In this document: in pieces, positions 51,350 to 63,006 of the stretch
Numbering within the stretch: the stretch's first letter is position 1
How the letters are laid out: every line of letters starts with the position of its first letter
Assembly (NCBI RefSeq): GCF_035084215.1
Contig: NC_090363.1
Span: 5,766,001-5,830,000, forward strand
Direction of reading: 5' to 3'
DNA: 64,000 nt
DNA from: Heptranchias perlo
Taxonomy: Eukaryota
Position numbers and translations under genes: made by a program
Notes under the pieces: model-generated
Databases searched by the model: none
Seen by the model: only the letters and a program-made list of their open reading frames with translations
What the model was told of the DNA's origin: nothing

Positions 51350-51368
51350 CTGAAAAGCGAAGCTAAAG
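51350..51368 (-). CDS. NCR3: Gene B 19-nt microexon (ALASLF)
   Basis: ttacag/gtaagc; same size and phase (1->2) as the gene A microexon. Confidence 0.65.
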
Positions 51369-51487
51369 CTGTAAATTGAAAAGAATGCAGAAATATAATT
51401 CGTGTTAATACAATTATTGATAATGCTATTGGCGATTATTGTAACAATACAATGATATCAACTCTCAAAAATATGAAATCCTCCAAA

Positions 51488-53232
51488 TAGAAACATAGAA
51501 ACATAGAAAATAGGAGCAGGAATAGGCCATTCGGCCCTTCGAGCCTGCTCCGCCATTCAATATGATCATGGCTGATCCTCTATCTCAATACCATATTCCC
51601 GCTCTTTCCCCATACCCCTTGATGCCTTGTGTGTCCAGAAATCTATCTAGCTCCTTCTTAAATATATTCAGTGAATTGGCCTCAACAGTCTTCTGTGGTA
51701 GAGAATTCCATAGGTTCACCACCCTCTGAGTGAAGAAATTTCTCCTCATCTACCCTGTATCCTGAGACTGTGACCCCTCGTTCTGGACCCCCCAGCCAGG
51801 GGAAATATCTTCCCTGCATCCAGTCTGTCTCGCCCTGTCAGAATTTTATATGTTTCAATGAGGTCCCCTCTCATTCTTCAAAACTCGAGAGAATACAGGG
51901 CCGAGTCGACCCAATCTCTCCTCATATGACAGTCCTGCCATCCCAGGAATCAGTCTGGTGAACCTTCACTGAACTCCCTCTATGGCAAGTATATTCTTTC
52001 TTAGGTAAGAAGAACAAAACTGCATACAATCCTCCAGGTGTGGTCTCACCAAGGCCCTGTATAACTGCAGTAAGACATCCTTGCTCCTGTACTCAAATCC
52101 TCTTGCAATGAAGGCCAACATGCCATTTGCCTTCCTAACTGCTTGCTGCACCTGCAAGTTTGCTTTCAGTGACTGGTGTACAAGGACACCCAGGTCCCTT
52201 TGTACATCAACATGTTCCAATCTATTACCATTTAAATAATATTCTGCCTTTCTGTTTTTCCTTCTGAAGTGGATAACTTCACATTTATCCACATTGTACT
52301 GCATCTGCCATGTATTTGACCACTCACTCAACTTGTCTAAATTGCCTTGAAGCCGCTTTGCATCCTCCTCACAACTCAGGATCCCATCTAGTTTTGTGTC
52401 GTCAGCAAGCTTGGAAATATTACATTTGGTTCCCTCATCCAAATCATTGAGATATATTGTGAATAGCTGGGGCCCAAGCACTGATCCCTGTGGTACCCCA
52501 TTAGTCACTGCCTGCCATCCCGAAAAAGACCCATTTATACCTACTCTCTGTTTTTTTTTCCTGTCTGTTAACCAATTTTCAATCCATGCCAGTATATTAC
52601 CACCAATCCCATGTGCTTTAATTTTGCACACTAATCTCTTATGTGGGACTTTAACAAAGGCCTTCTGAAAATCCAAATAAACCACATCCACTGGTTCTCC
52701 CTAATCTATTCTACCAGTTACATCCTCAAAAAACTCCAGGAGGTTTGTCAAACATGATTTCCCTTTCATAAATCCATGTTGACTTTGTCTAATTCCGTCG
52801 ATATTTTCTAAGTGTCCTGTTATCACATCCTTTATAATAGACTCTAGCATTTTCCCTACTACTGATGTCAGGCTAACCGGTCTGTAGTTCCCGGTTTTCT
52901 CAGTCCCTCCTTTTTTAAATAGTGGGGTTACATTTGCCACCCTCCAATCTGCAGGAACTGTTCCAGAGTCTATAGAATTTTGGAAGATGACAACTAATGC
53001 ATCCATTATTTCCATGGCCACCTCTTTTAGTGCTCTGGGATGCAGATTATCAGGCCCTGGGGGTTTATCGGCTTTCAGTCCCATTAATTTCTCCAGCACT
53101 ATTATTTTACTAATACTAATTTCCTTTAATTCCTTCTTCTCACTCCCCCATTGGTTCCCTAGCATTTCTGGGAAGTTACTCGTGTCCCCTTCGGTGAACA
53201 CGGAAGCAAAGTATTTGTTTAATTGCTCTGTA
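51488..53232 (-). mobile_element. CR1 LINE, 5'-truncated
   Basis: RT ORFs 52701-53201 and 51966-52691. Confidence 0.95.
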
Positions 53233-53651
53233 CATTCATCTCTGCTGGATGTCTTTACTGTTAGACCTGATGACTTAATAGTAGGATTTTAATAATAATG
53301 AGCAGTGCCCCTAATATTTATTTCGTTTCCTGGTTAATGTCTCTTTAATTGTTTTATTTTTTCCCATATTTGGCAGATGATAACGAAGTACATGATGAAA
53401 ACAAAGTTACTTGTTATCCCACATTCCCTGAGAAATACCGTGTGCCTCAGCACGTTATCACTAGTTTGAAAAAGTCATCCTGATCACAAGGTTCCTAATT
53501 CATTGCAAAATGGGAAATCTTTTGAAAATTCACCACAAAATTGCAAAAAGAAAACTGAATCGTATTATGACGATTTCTTGTTATTCTGAGGCATTAGATA
53601 GAAAATGTGATGATTCTACAGCTTGTCTATTATTTTAAACATTTGAAGTAC

Positions 53652-53786
53652 CTTTATTTCTCCTAACAAGGACTGCAATCACCACAAGCAGTGTCAGGGT
53701 AATTAGTATTGTCACTCCACCTCTCACTACGACCCACATCAAATCAAACTGTGAGCTTTCTAAACTGTTTGGGTTGTCACAAGAAT
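53652..53786 (-). CDS. NCR3: Gene B stalk + TM exon (HSCDNPNSLESSQFDLMWVVVRGGVTILITLTLLVVIAVLVRRNK)
   Basis: ctacag/gtactt; 135 nt; TM with N-terminal Arg (VVVRGG, cf. NKp30 LLLRAG). Confidence 0.87.
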
Positions 53787-54133
53787 CTGTAGAAAGAAAA
53801 AAAAACAATAATAAGTAATTTGTCCGTAAATAGAAATAGTAAGTACAACAGCAATGAAAACAGTGATACAAGGAAACACAGATAGAATAGATAGGGAGAC
53901 GGGTACACAAGCAGAAACGCAAATAAATACAAGATAGATAGGGAGAGAAAGCGAAGGAGACACACACCACCCATCGGCAGAAAGAGTGAGCAAGACAAAA
54001 AGGCAGAAACAGAGGGAAATCCGCCCAACACCGGTGTGACACACCATTAAAGAAAGGATTAAGGAAACAAGAGAGTTTTAAATATGGAAACGATATCCCA
54101 ATGCCTTAATGTTACAATGTTAGGTTTTCTTAC

Positions 54134-54460
54134 GCTTTACAGTAACCGAGGTTCCTCTACCGACTGCCTTCGGCTCGCCCATTATTTCAACCTCACAGTA
54201 ATACACTCCAGACTCGCATTGCGTCATATTCATAATTTTGATTGATGCATCCCGCCTGAGTTTGAACGCATCCTTGTCGGCTTTTATTAGTCTTTTCTTG
54301 TACCTCGGAGAATCAAAGTCTAAGATACTGCTATCTTTTCTCCATCTGAAGATACCAGGCCCTGATATACGAAAGGTGCAATTCAAAATCACGCTTTCAC
54401 CTTCGAATAAAGTAACTGAAGTGGGATTTTGCACTATGGTAGATGTTTCAGCTTCCAAAC
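54134..54460 (-). CDS. NCR3: NKp30/NCR3-like gene B, VJ-type IgV exon
   Basis: cactag/gtaaga; 327 nt, phase 1-1; NCTF..WRK..RL..ESGVYYCEVEI..VGRGTSVTV. Confidence 0.9.
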
Positions 54461-56044
54461 CTAGTGACGCACAAAAAAGCACAAGGATTAATTAGCCATC
54501 GTTACAGGATAAAGCAATACGCATTATGCACCTTGTACCGATACCATCTTGGTTTTGTAGCAGCACCATCGTCTGTGACTCAAATGGTTGTAGGTTCAAG
54601 GCGCAATTGAGGCCTTGAGCACATTATTCTAGGCTGACACTTCAATGCAGTACTAAGTGAATGTGTTTTTTTCAAAGCGGAGAAAGTTCTCCCGGTGCAA
54701 TAGCCAACTTTCAGTCCTCAAGAAACACCACCAAAACAGCTTAACTGGCCATTCGTCTCATTGCTCTTTGTTGGACTTTGTTGTGAGCAATGTGGTTGAC
54801 GCGTTTACCTACAAAGCAACAAAGACTAGTCAAAAAACAATAATCATTGTTCAATAGTCATTCATTGGCTTTGGGACGCCTTGAGGTTGTGTAAGATGCA
54901 ATACAATTGCAAATTTTTTCTTTGTATCATGCAGCCTCAACTTACACTTTTGCTTTAATATGTTATGTTATTAATTCCAAAGGAAATTATTATATGAATA
55001 ATAGTAAGAAAGAAAAAGAGAGAAAAAAAACAAGAAAGTAACAAAAAAGAAAGAAAATGTTACATTCATTATTGCTTCATTAATAATAGTATGAAGTAAT
55101 AAATCAATGCCATACATTTTTTATTCTTATATAATTATCCAGGAATGTCTGATTTCCACATGAGGGAAATATAAGAAAACACGTTCAGCAAATGTAATAG
55201 AGGCGGGGTATTAGCTTGTTGTATATATTCGACATTAAGCCGTAAGTTGTACAGTAAATCATTTGTGCATTGTAAACTGTGTACATCTTAAAGTCAGGAA
55301 AAATAAAACATTGGCTCATGTTAATTCAGTCATCTAATTGACGGTAAATATCGAGTCTAATACACCAGGCGACTGTCAGAAAATTAATTAGTTAAGGACA
55401 GCATGGTCAATGTGATGAATTTGTGAACCGCTGTTTAGATATTGAAGCCATACGCTAGTCACCCTTGTGAACATAAGGTCCCACTTTTCGTTACAGATTG
55501 AACCAAGGTTTTTTTGTATATTGAGCTCAATTCCATCAATGATCAACTTTTTACACCTTGCCAATAAATAAATCAATTTCATTTACTTCCTACATTTAAA
55601 GATTACCATCTCGGACCCTGGTGTATGATTATCTCATTTGGCTGCTAACCGTAAAGCAAAAATAAGCTATGAATAGAATAATAGGATATGACCTATCAAA
55701 AATATAGTTATTGTGATGCTTTCACAGATAAAAAACCTTCATTGTTTATTTATTATCAACGTGTGTCCATGAGTTCCCTGGGGTGATTTATTCATTTAAT
55801 GGCCAATATTGCTGGGGTATAAAATATACCCAGGTCAGAAAACCACTAGGTAAGATTTCCAAATATATGCAGAATCATTAAACAAAAAATGATGAAAAAT
55901 ATTATTCAAATAACAAGCAAGAAATATTACAGAGAACAACAAAGAACGATAGTTTTTTCTAAATGTGGTGCATTTGGCTGCAAATGTTTTGGAAGAAATC
56001 AATTCGGTGATTGTATTAGTTGATTTTATAAACATTATTTTGAT

Positions 56045-56580
56045 ATATATATATTAATGACCTGGACTTAGGTATACAGGGTATAATTTCAAAGTTTGCA
56101 GATGACACGAAACTCGGAAATGTAGTAAATAATTTAGAGGATAGTAACAGACTTCAGGAGGACACAGACAGACTGGTGAAATGGACAGACACATGGCAGA
56201 TGAAATTTAACATGGAGAAGTGTGAAGTGATACATTTTGGTAGAAAGGATGAGGAGAGGCAATATAAACTAAATGGTACAATTTTAAAGGTGGAGCATGA
56301 ACAGAAAGACCTTGGGTGCATGTAATCAAATCTTTGAAAGTGGCAGGACAAGTTAGCGAGTTCCACATTCCAACCATTCTCTGGGTAAAGAAGTTTCTCC
56401 TGAATTCCCTATTGGATTTATTAGTGATTGTCTTATATTTATGGCCCCCTACTTCTGGTCTCCCCCGCAAGTGGAAACATCTTCTCTACGTCTACCCTAT
56501 CAAACCCCTTTAATATCTTAAAGACCTCTATTAAGTCATCCCTCAGACTTCTCTTTTCTAGAGAAAAGAGCCCCAACCTG
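56045..56580. mobile_element. Fused CR1 fragments (+ strand 56045-56355, - strand 56356-56580)
   Basis: KFADD region followed by an inverted 3' end. Confidence 0.8.
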
Positions 56581-57251
56581 ATCAATCTTTTCTGGTGAAC
56601 TGATGAAGAGGAACTGTTTGCTAACGGAAATATTTGTGTCTAACTCAAAGGCATTGAATTGTCCAGTTGAAGGTATAACATGTTAGACAATTTCATGTAT
56701 AACACAATCGATTAGGAGCCCTGAACTTAATTTATTTCCAGAAGTAAATTTTAGTAGGTCCCTTTAATTATATTAATCTCTTAAAGCCAATTCACGGCAT
56801 CTGCTTGAAGGAGAACATTTAATGTGTGTGCATATTTCTAATCAGCATTTCATTGCCTGAAACGGCGGTTGAAGCAGATTCAATAGCGTCTTTGAACTGG
56901 GAATTGGATATATACTTGCAATGGAAAAAATGCAGGGCTATGGGGAAAGAATGGGGGAGGGGGTTAAATTGGCAGTTCTTTCAAAGAGCCGGCACAGGCA
57001 CGATGGGTCGGATGGCCTCCTCCCGTTCTGTATAATTCTGTGATAAAGCTGGCCTAAAGATTAAATACTTGTACCCTACAAGTGCTGGATTCACCACAAC
57101 AAAGTAAAATTAAACAGTTTTTTTTACACTGTCACTACAATTATGTATTATTCCTGTGTAAGGAACCAGTCTGCCCAACCAAATGCTCGTACACGTTCAA
57201 ACCTGAATAAAGATAAAACTAAAATGAGAAAATATGAAGACAGTGACTCAC

Positions 57252-57309
57252 CAATATGTAAAAACATTGTCACTAAATTCAGGATCGTCCATATGTGAAT
57301 AGTTTGCAT
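57252..57309 (-). CDS. NCR3: NKp30/NCR3-like gene B, leader exon (MQTIHIWTILNLVTMFLHI)
   Basis: Identical to the gene A leader; phase-1 gtgagt donor. Confidence 0.8.
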
Positions 57310-57390
57310 TTTTACACGTTCTCTACAGGACACTACCAGCTCACGTTTGGCTTGCAGCGACCCAAAGTGCTGCTAAACACAGCAAACATT

Positions 57391-57455
57391 CCACCGCAGG
57401 CACTGACGTGTGTGAAAAAAAACCTGCGGTGGTTTAATTACCACAGACCACGAAC
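57391..57455. promoter_or_regulatory. Same RUNX-core cluster upstream of the gene B leader
   Basis: Near-identical copy of 33301-33365. Confidence 0.45.
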
Positions 57456-59020
57456 TATGTTTATTATTTTTCCAATTGTGCTGGGAAACAATATTTTAAG
57501 AATAATTAGGAAAGAACACTGCGTCAATGTTACATCAGCGTCACCGAGTATATTGAGACAAAAGAATGGATTAGAGTTCAGTTTAATCCTCCATAAACTA
57601 CAATGGTTTGCACCGGAGATAGAAACTCATCTTAAGTTTCTTCAAAAAGCAGAATGTATGGAAACAGTGCGCAGTGTAAAGCCAGATTGAAATGTGGAAT
57701 TCCATGGATGAAACTATGCAGCGATGGACTCCATGGATATTTAATGGAAGGATGAGGAAAAAGGGATAGAAGGATATGTTGATGGGGTTAGATGAAGTAA
57801 GGTGGGCGGAGACTGGTGTGGAGCATAAACACCAGTATAGATCTGTTGGGACGAACGGCCTGTTTCTGTGCTGTAAATTCGATGTAATTCTTTGTAACAA
57901 TCCTTCGTCAGGACGGGAAGGGATTAAAAATGGACAGTTTATACGAAAGAGCAGAGCAAGAGAGGGGTGGGGTAATTTCATACAAAAAGAAAATAAAATA
58001 AGAGGGCAGACGGGGCATCGGTGTAACGTCTCTTCCGAAAGACGCCACTCCCTCTGTACTGTCACTGGGAGTGTCAGCCTAGATTTTCTGCTCAATACTC
58101 TGCAGCTGGACTTGAATCAACAGCGTTCTGACTCAGAGGCGAGAGCGCGATCCACCACTGAACAACAACATTTAGAACTGCATTAATGTGGAAACTTGTG
58201 AATAATTTTATTCCAGTATTTAAAAAGTAATCTTCTTCCAGGTTAATAAATATGTTATTTTGTGCTACTTTTGTCACTTCATGAGAACAGAAAGGGCCAC
58301 TTTCGTGTGAACAATTCCATGCAGTTTAGCACAGAGAAGTGAAATCTTCCTGATCACATCCAAAACTACCAAAAAGAGAAACGGTATATAAAGAAACCCA
58401 AAGATTAAACTGTGTACTATCACAATGAGACCAAAGTTCTTCTTAATCTTTATAGAACTGTTCAAAATCAAGAAGGGTTTAATTAAGGTAAATAAAGAGA
58501 AACTGTTCCTATTGGCGGAAGGGTCGATAACCAGAGGACACAGAGTTAAGGTGATTGGCAAAAGAACCAAAGGCGACGTGAGGGTGAACTTTTTTATGCA
58601 GTGAGTTGTTATGATCTGGAATGCACTGCGTCAAAGGATGGTGGAAGCAGATTCAATCTTGGCTTTCAAAAAAGAATTGGATAAGTACTCGAAAAGCAAA
58701 AAGAAATTGCAGGTCTATGGGGAAAGAGCAGTGGAGTGGGACTAATTGGATAGCTCTTTCAAAGAGCTGGCACAGGCACAGTGGGCTGAATGGCCTCCTT
58801 CTGTGCTGTATGATTCTCTGATAAAGTTGGCCGAAAATAAAATACTTATACTCTATAAGTGCTAGATTCAACCCAAGGTAAAATGAAACTATTTAAAACC
58901 GTTACTTCATTATGTATTATTTCTGCATAAAGAACCAATCTGCCCAATCGAATGCTCGTACACGTTAAAATGTTAATAAATGCAAAGTGAAAATGAGAAA
59001 ATAAGAAGGCAGTGACTCAC

Positions 59021-59068
59021 AGACATGTAAATGTATTATCATTAAATTCAAGACTGAATAGTATGCAT
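59021..59068 (-). pseudogene. Degenerate third leader exon (10-nt deletion, early TGA)
   Basis: Aligns to the 58-nt leader with the gtgagt donor retained; ATG CAT ACT ATT CAG TCT TGA. Confidence 0.75.
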
Positions 59069-60649
59069 TTTAACACTTTCTCTACAGGACATCACGATAG
59101 GGTTAGAAAAATTAGGGTGGGGGGAGGCCAGAGTGCAGCATAAACACCGGCATAGACCAGTTGGGCGAAATGGCCTGTTTCTGTGCAGAGGCGAGAGTGC
59201 TACCCACCGATCCACGACTAAACACTCAAATGTAGAACTGCCTTAATATGTAAACTTGTGAATAATTTTATTTCAGTATTTAAAAGGTAATCTTCTTGGC
59301 GGTTAATTAAGATACCCTTTTTGTGCTACTTTTGATACTTCATGAAAGCAGAAAAAGTCACTTTCGAACGAAGAATTCCGTGCAGTTTAGCACAGAGAGA
59401 CGTGAAACCTTCTCCACCATGTTAAAATCTATTAAAAACGAAAGTCATAAATAAAGAAACGCAAAGATTAAACTGTCTAATATCACAAAGAGACCAAAGT
59501 TCTTATTATTCTTTAATCCAACCTGCCTATCTGGCACCTACACCTAGTCATTATGGCCTCTTATTCTGCTCAACTTCCCCTTCGTTTCGGCTCTGAAATC
59601 ACAAAATGTAATCTTGCCCCTGCTTATAAATACCTAATTATGCACAGTGATCTATATATTCGTTACTATGTAAGTGTGAATGTGAGAATAATAAACGTGC
59701 TCAAAATTATGAGGAGTTTTGATAGAGTAGATAAGAAGAAACTGTTGCCACTGGTGGGACGCTCGGTAACCGAAGGTCACAGATTTAAAGTAATTGACCA
59801 AAAAAAAAGCCAGTGGGGGCGGGGGGCGGGGGGAGATGGGGAGAATTTATTTTTACGCAGCGGTTGTTATGATCTGGAACGCACTGCCTGAAAGGGCGGT
59901 GGAAGCCTATTCAATAGTAACTTTCAAAAGGGAATTGGATAAATACTTGAAAAGGAGAAATTTTCAGGACTATTGGGAACGACCAGGAGGGTGGTACTAA
60001 TTGGATAGCTCTTTCAAAGAGTCGGTACAGACATGGTGGGCTGAATGGCCTCCTCCTGTGATGGAAGATTCTATGATTCTATGCTTCTATGATTCTATGT
60101 TTCTATGACATAAAGGAACATCCAATGGCTTGTCTATTCTGTTTTTTGTATTCAACTGATGCCATAGTTTGCCGCCCAGTCCTGTCTGCTCCTCTGCTGG
60201 TGCCTTCAGCACAAATCACACTGTCTCTAGGTTCATGTTGCTCCTCGGCCGCTTCCAGAATAAGATCTCTGAACATAATGTATAGGATGCAGTATACTCC
60301 TATAACCCAGTACCTTTTTGTTAACATTTTTTCTGAAGGTTATAGTTGGAATATTGCTTCAAACAAATATGCATGTCATTCATGAGTGGAAACGTGAGTT
60401 ACCTTTATGTATTTCTTTTTAAATTATATTATAAAACCGAAATATTGTCATGGCGACTAAGAGAACACTGCCATATACATGTTCATTAGTGGGCCTGCAA
60501 TATGATCCATGGTGCATTTTCACAGACATTTTAGCGAAGGTGGAAAGTGTTTCCATTTTGCAGAGTGCTAAGGTTTTAGTGTGAATCCCATCCGGTCCAC
60601 CCTGACTCTGAGGCGGTGTGAAATTCCCAGAAGAATTAGACTGACAGGT

Positions 60650-61520
60650 ATAAAAAGCAATCAAAAGGGCTAATGGAATATTGGCCTTTATTTCAAGAGG
60701 GTTGGAATACAATGGGAAGGAAGTTATGCTTCAGTTGTACAGAACCTTGTTCGGATCCCATCTGGAGTTTTGCATTCAGTTTTGGGCACCATATCCCAGG
60801 AAGGATATATTGGCATTAGAGTGGGTACAGTGCAGATTTACCAAAAATCATACAGAGGCTTAAAAGATTAAAATATGAGGACAGGTTGCGTAAATTTAGG
60901 TTGTATTCCCTTGAGTTTAGGAGGTTGATGGGTGAGCTAACTAAGGTGTTTATAATAATAATGTGGAATTCCCTTCTCAAAAGGCTGTGGATGCTGGGAC
61001 AATAGAAATGTTCAAGATTGAAATCGACAGATTTTTATTAAGTAAGGGTATCAAGGGGTATGGATCAAAGACGGATAAATTGAGTTGAGCAACAGATCAG
61101 CCATAAGAACATAAGAAATAGGAGCAGGAGTAGGCCATACGGCCCCTCCAGCCTCCTCCGCCATTGAATAAGATCATGGTTGATCTTCGACCTTAACTCT
61201 ACTTTCCCGCCCGAACCCCATATCCCTTGATTCCCCTAGAGTCCAAAAATCTATCTTTCTCAGCCTTGAATATAATTAATGACTCAGCATCCACAGCCCT
61301 CTGAGATAGAGTATTCCAAAGATCTAGTGAACCTTCGTTGCACCGCCTCTAAGGCAAGTATATCCTTCTTTAAATAAGGAGACCAAAATTGTACACAGCA
61401 CTCCAGGTGAGGTCTCACCAAAGCCCTGTACAATTGTAGTAAGACTTCCTCACTCTTGTACTCCAAACCCCTTGCAATAAAGGCCAACATGCCATTTGCT
61501 TTCCTAATTGACTGCACTCT
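60650..61520. mobile_element. Tail-to-tail CR1 3' fragments (+ then -)
   Basis: ORFs 60681-60863 (+) and 61284-61517 (-). Confidence 0.85.
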
Positions 61521-62991
61521 AACTTTCTGTGTTTCTTGTACCTCTTGTACCAGTATTTGTTAGCAAAGTAATGAGAAACTTCGCTAAAGTTTGCCTGATC
61601 TTTCATTCTCTTAGGAAGAAGAGTTTTCAAGCAAACTCAAAGCATTTTCAAAATTGTCTAAAACATTTTTAGCGGTTTAGGTATTCTGGAAACATTGGTG
61701 AGCGTCTTTTCTATATTGTGCTGCAGGAACGAAAGATTGTGTTGCGGGCGGCTTGCTGCTTATAAAATGGCCTGCACGATTTGTATGAGGTGATATTTTT
61801 ATGCTGCAGCTAATATTTGCACCAATTTCTATGGTTAGTCATTGTTTTTATTATATGAACAAGTATGTGGCACCTACCACCACAAGTTGGAGGATAGATT
61901 GTTTTGTAACACTATAGTTATAATGTCACATAACACAATGTATTGTGAAGGCCACTGGTAGTGGCTGAATATGTTAGATTACATTTTATTACATGGCGTT
62001 CAGGGATTTTCGTTGGTATTTTTGGGGTCCAATTGAGAGATTGGACCCCATTTACATGACATTTTGTCATGTAAGCTGTAAATCAGCTGCCTTGATCATT
62101 ATTTTTAAAAATGTATTCTTGGGATATGGGCGTCGCTAGCAAGACCAGCATTTATTGTCCATCCCTAGTTGTCCTTGCCCTTATTTTGCATATTGATCGA
62201 GAGAAGGAAAAGTGAAAATGAGGGGCTGTCCTTGCTGTGACGTGAGAGTGGGCTAAGGGCGGTCATGTTGGTGCAGCGAAATAACCGAACCATAAAGACT
62301 TCCATCCTGTCGCTGTATCATAACCGCTGAATTAACTAGAGACAGAAACTTACTTGGTGGTGTGCGATTTCGCCGCACGAGAGCGGGAAAATTGCCCTAT
62401 AGTATCCATGAAAGTTTTAAGAATGTAGTGTTTTGTAAACTACAAGATAGGTATCTTCAAGATTATGCTGTAATAATAGAATGAAAAACTTAAGTTAAGG
62501 GCAAAGTTTAGGCCAGTGATAACTTTAGCAAGAGTCTTTGCTCAGGACCACTACTGTTTAAATACGATTGTTGAAGAAAGGTTTTGATGCTGCATTAAAT
62601 GCTGGATTAAGGAAGGCACGAGGCCAGATTAAAGTCAGGAGTTTCAGGAACTCTGCAATATTGTAGCAAGTACGTGCCTGGGCCAATACAGTCTTAGATA
62701 TCTCCAGGGGGTTATGAAATTAACCTGCTGTGCTTTTTCTGACTCCATCTGGAAAAGCTCAGTCCTCCTGGCTCAAGGGTCCATGATGTAAAGGTTACTT
62801 TCCATGACTTAAGATTTAACTCTTTCTTTAATACTTTATAAGTTAATATGGGACAAGTAACTGAACATAGCCAGCAACGTTTACACGGTTCAAAAGAATA
62901 ATGCGAATTGCAGAACCATTATTCCTTGCTTACTAGCTTTGAGCAACTAAATTAGCTTTTTATTTTGTTTTAAATCTATGTGGTGCAACAT

Positions 62992-63006
62992 TGCCACCTA
63001 CTGGTA
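62992..63006 (-). promoter_or_regulatory. CTCF motif, reverse orientation
   Basis: Reverse complement TACCAGTAGGTGGCA matches CCASYAGRKGGCR. Confidence 0.55.

Noticed and set aside
27259-53201. Long ORFs (394, 370, 241, 227 aa) as host genes
   Set aside because: All are CR1 reverse-transcriptase fragments
29832-54460. V exons as rearranging TCR/Ig V segments
   Set aside because: The J-like GxGT strand is germline-encoded in the same exon, followed by a splice donor and no RSS; no C-domain exon was found
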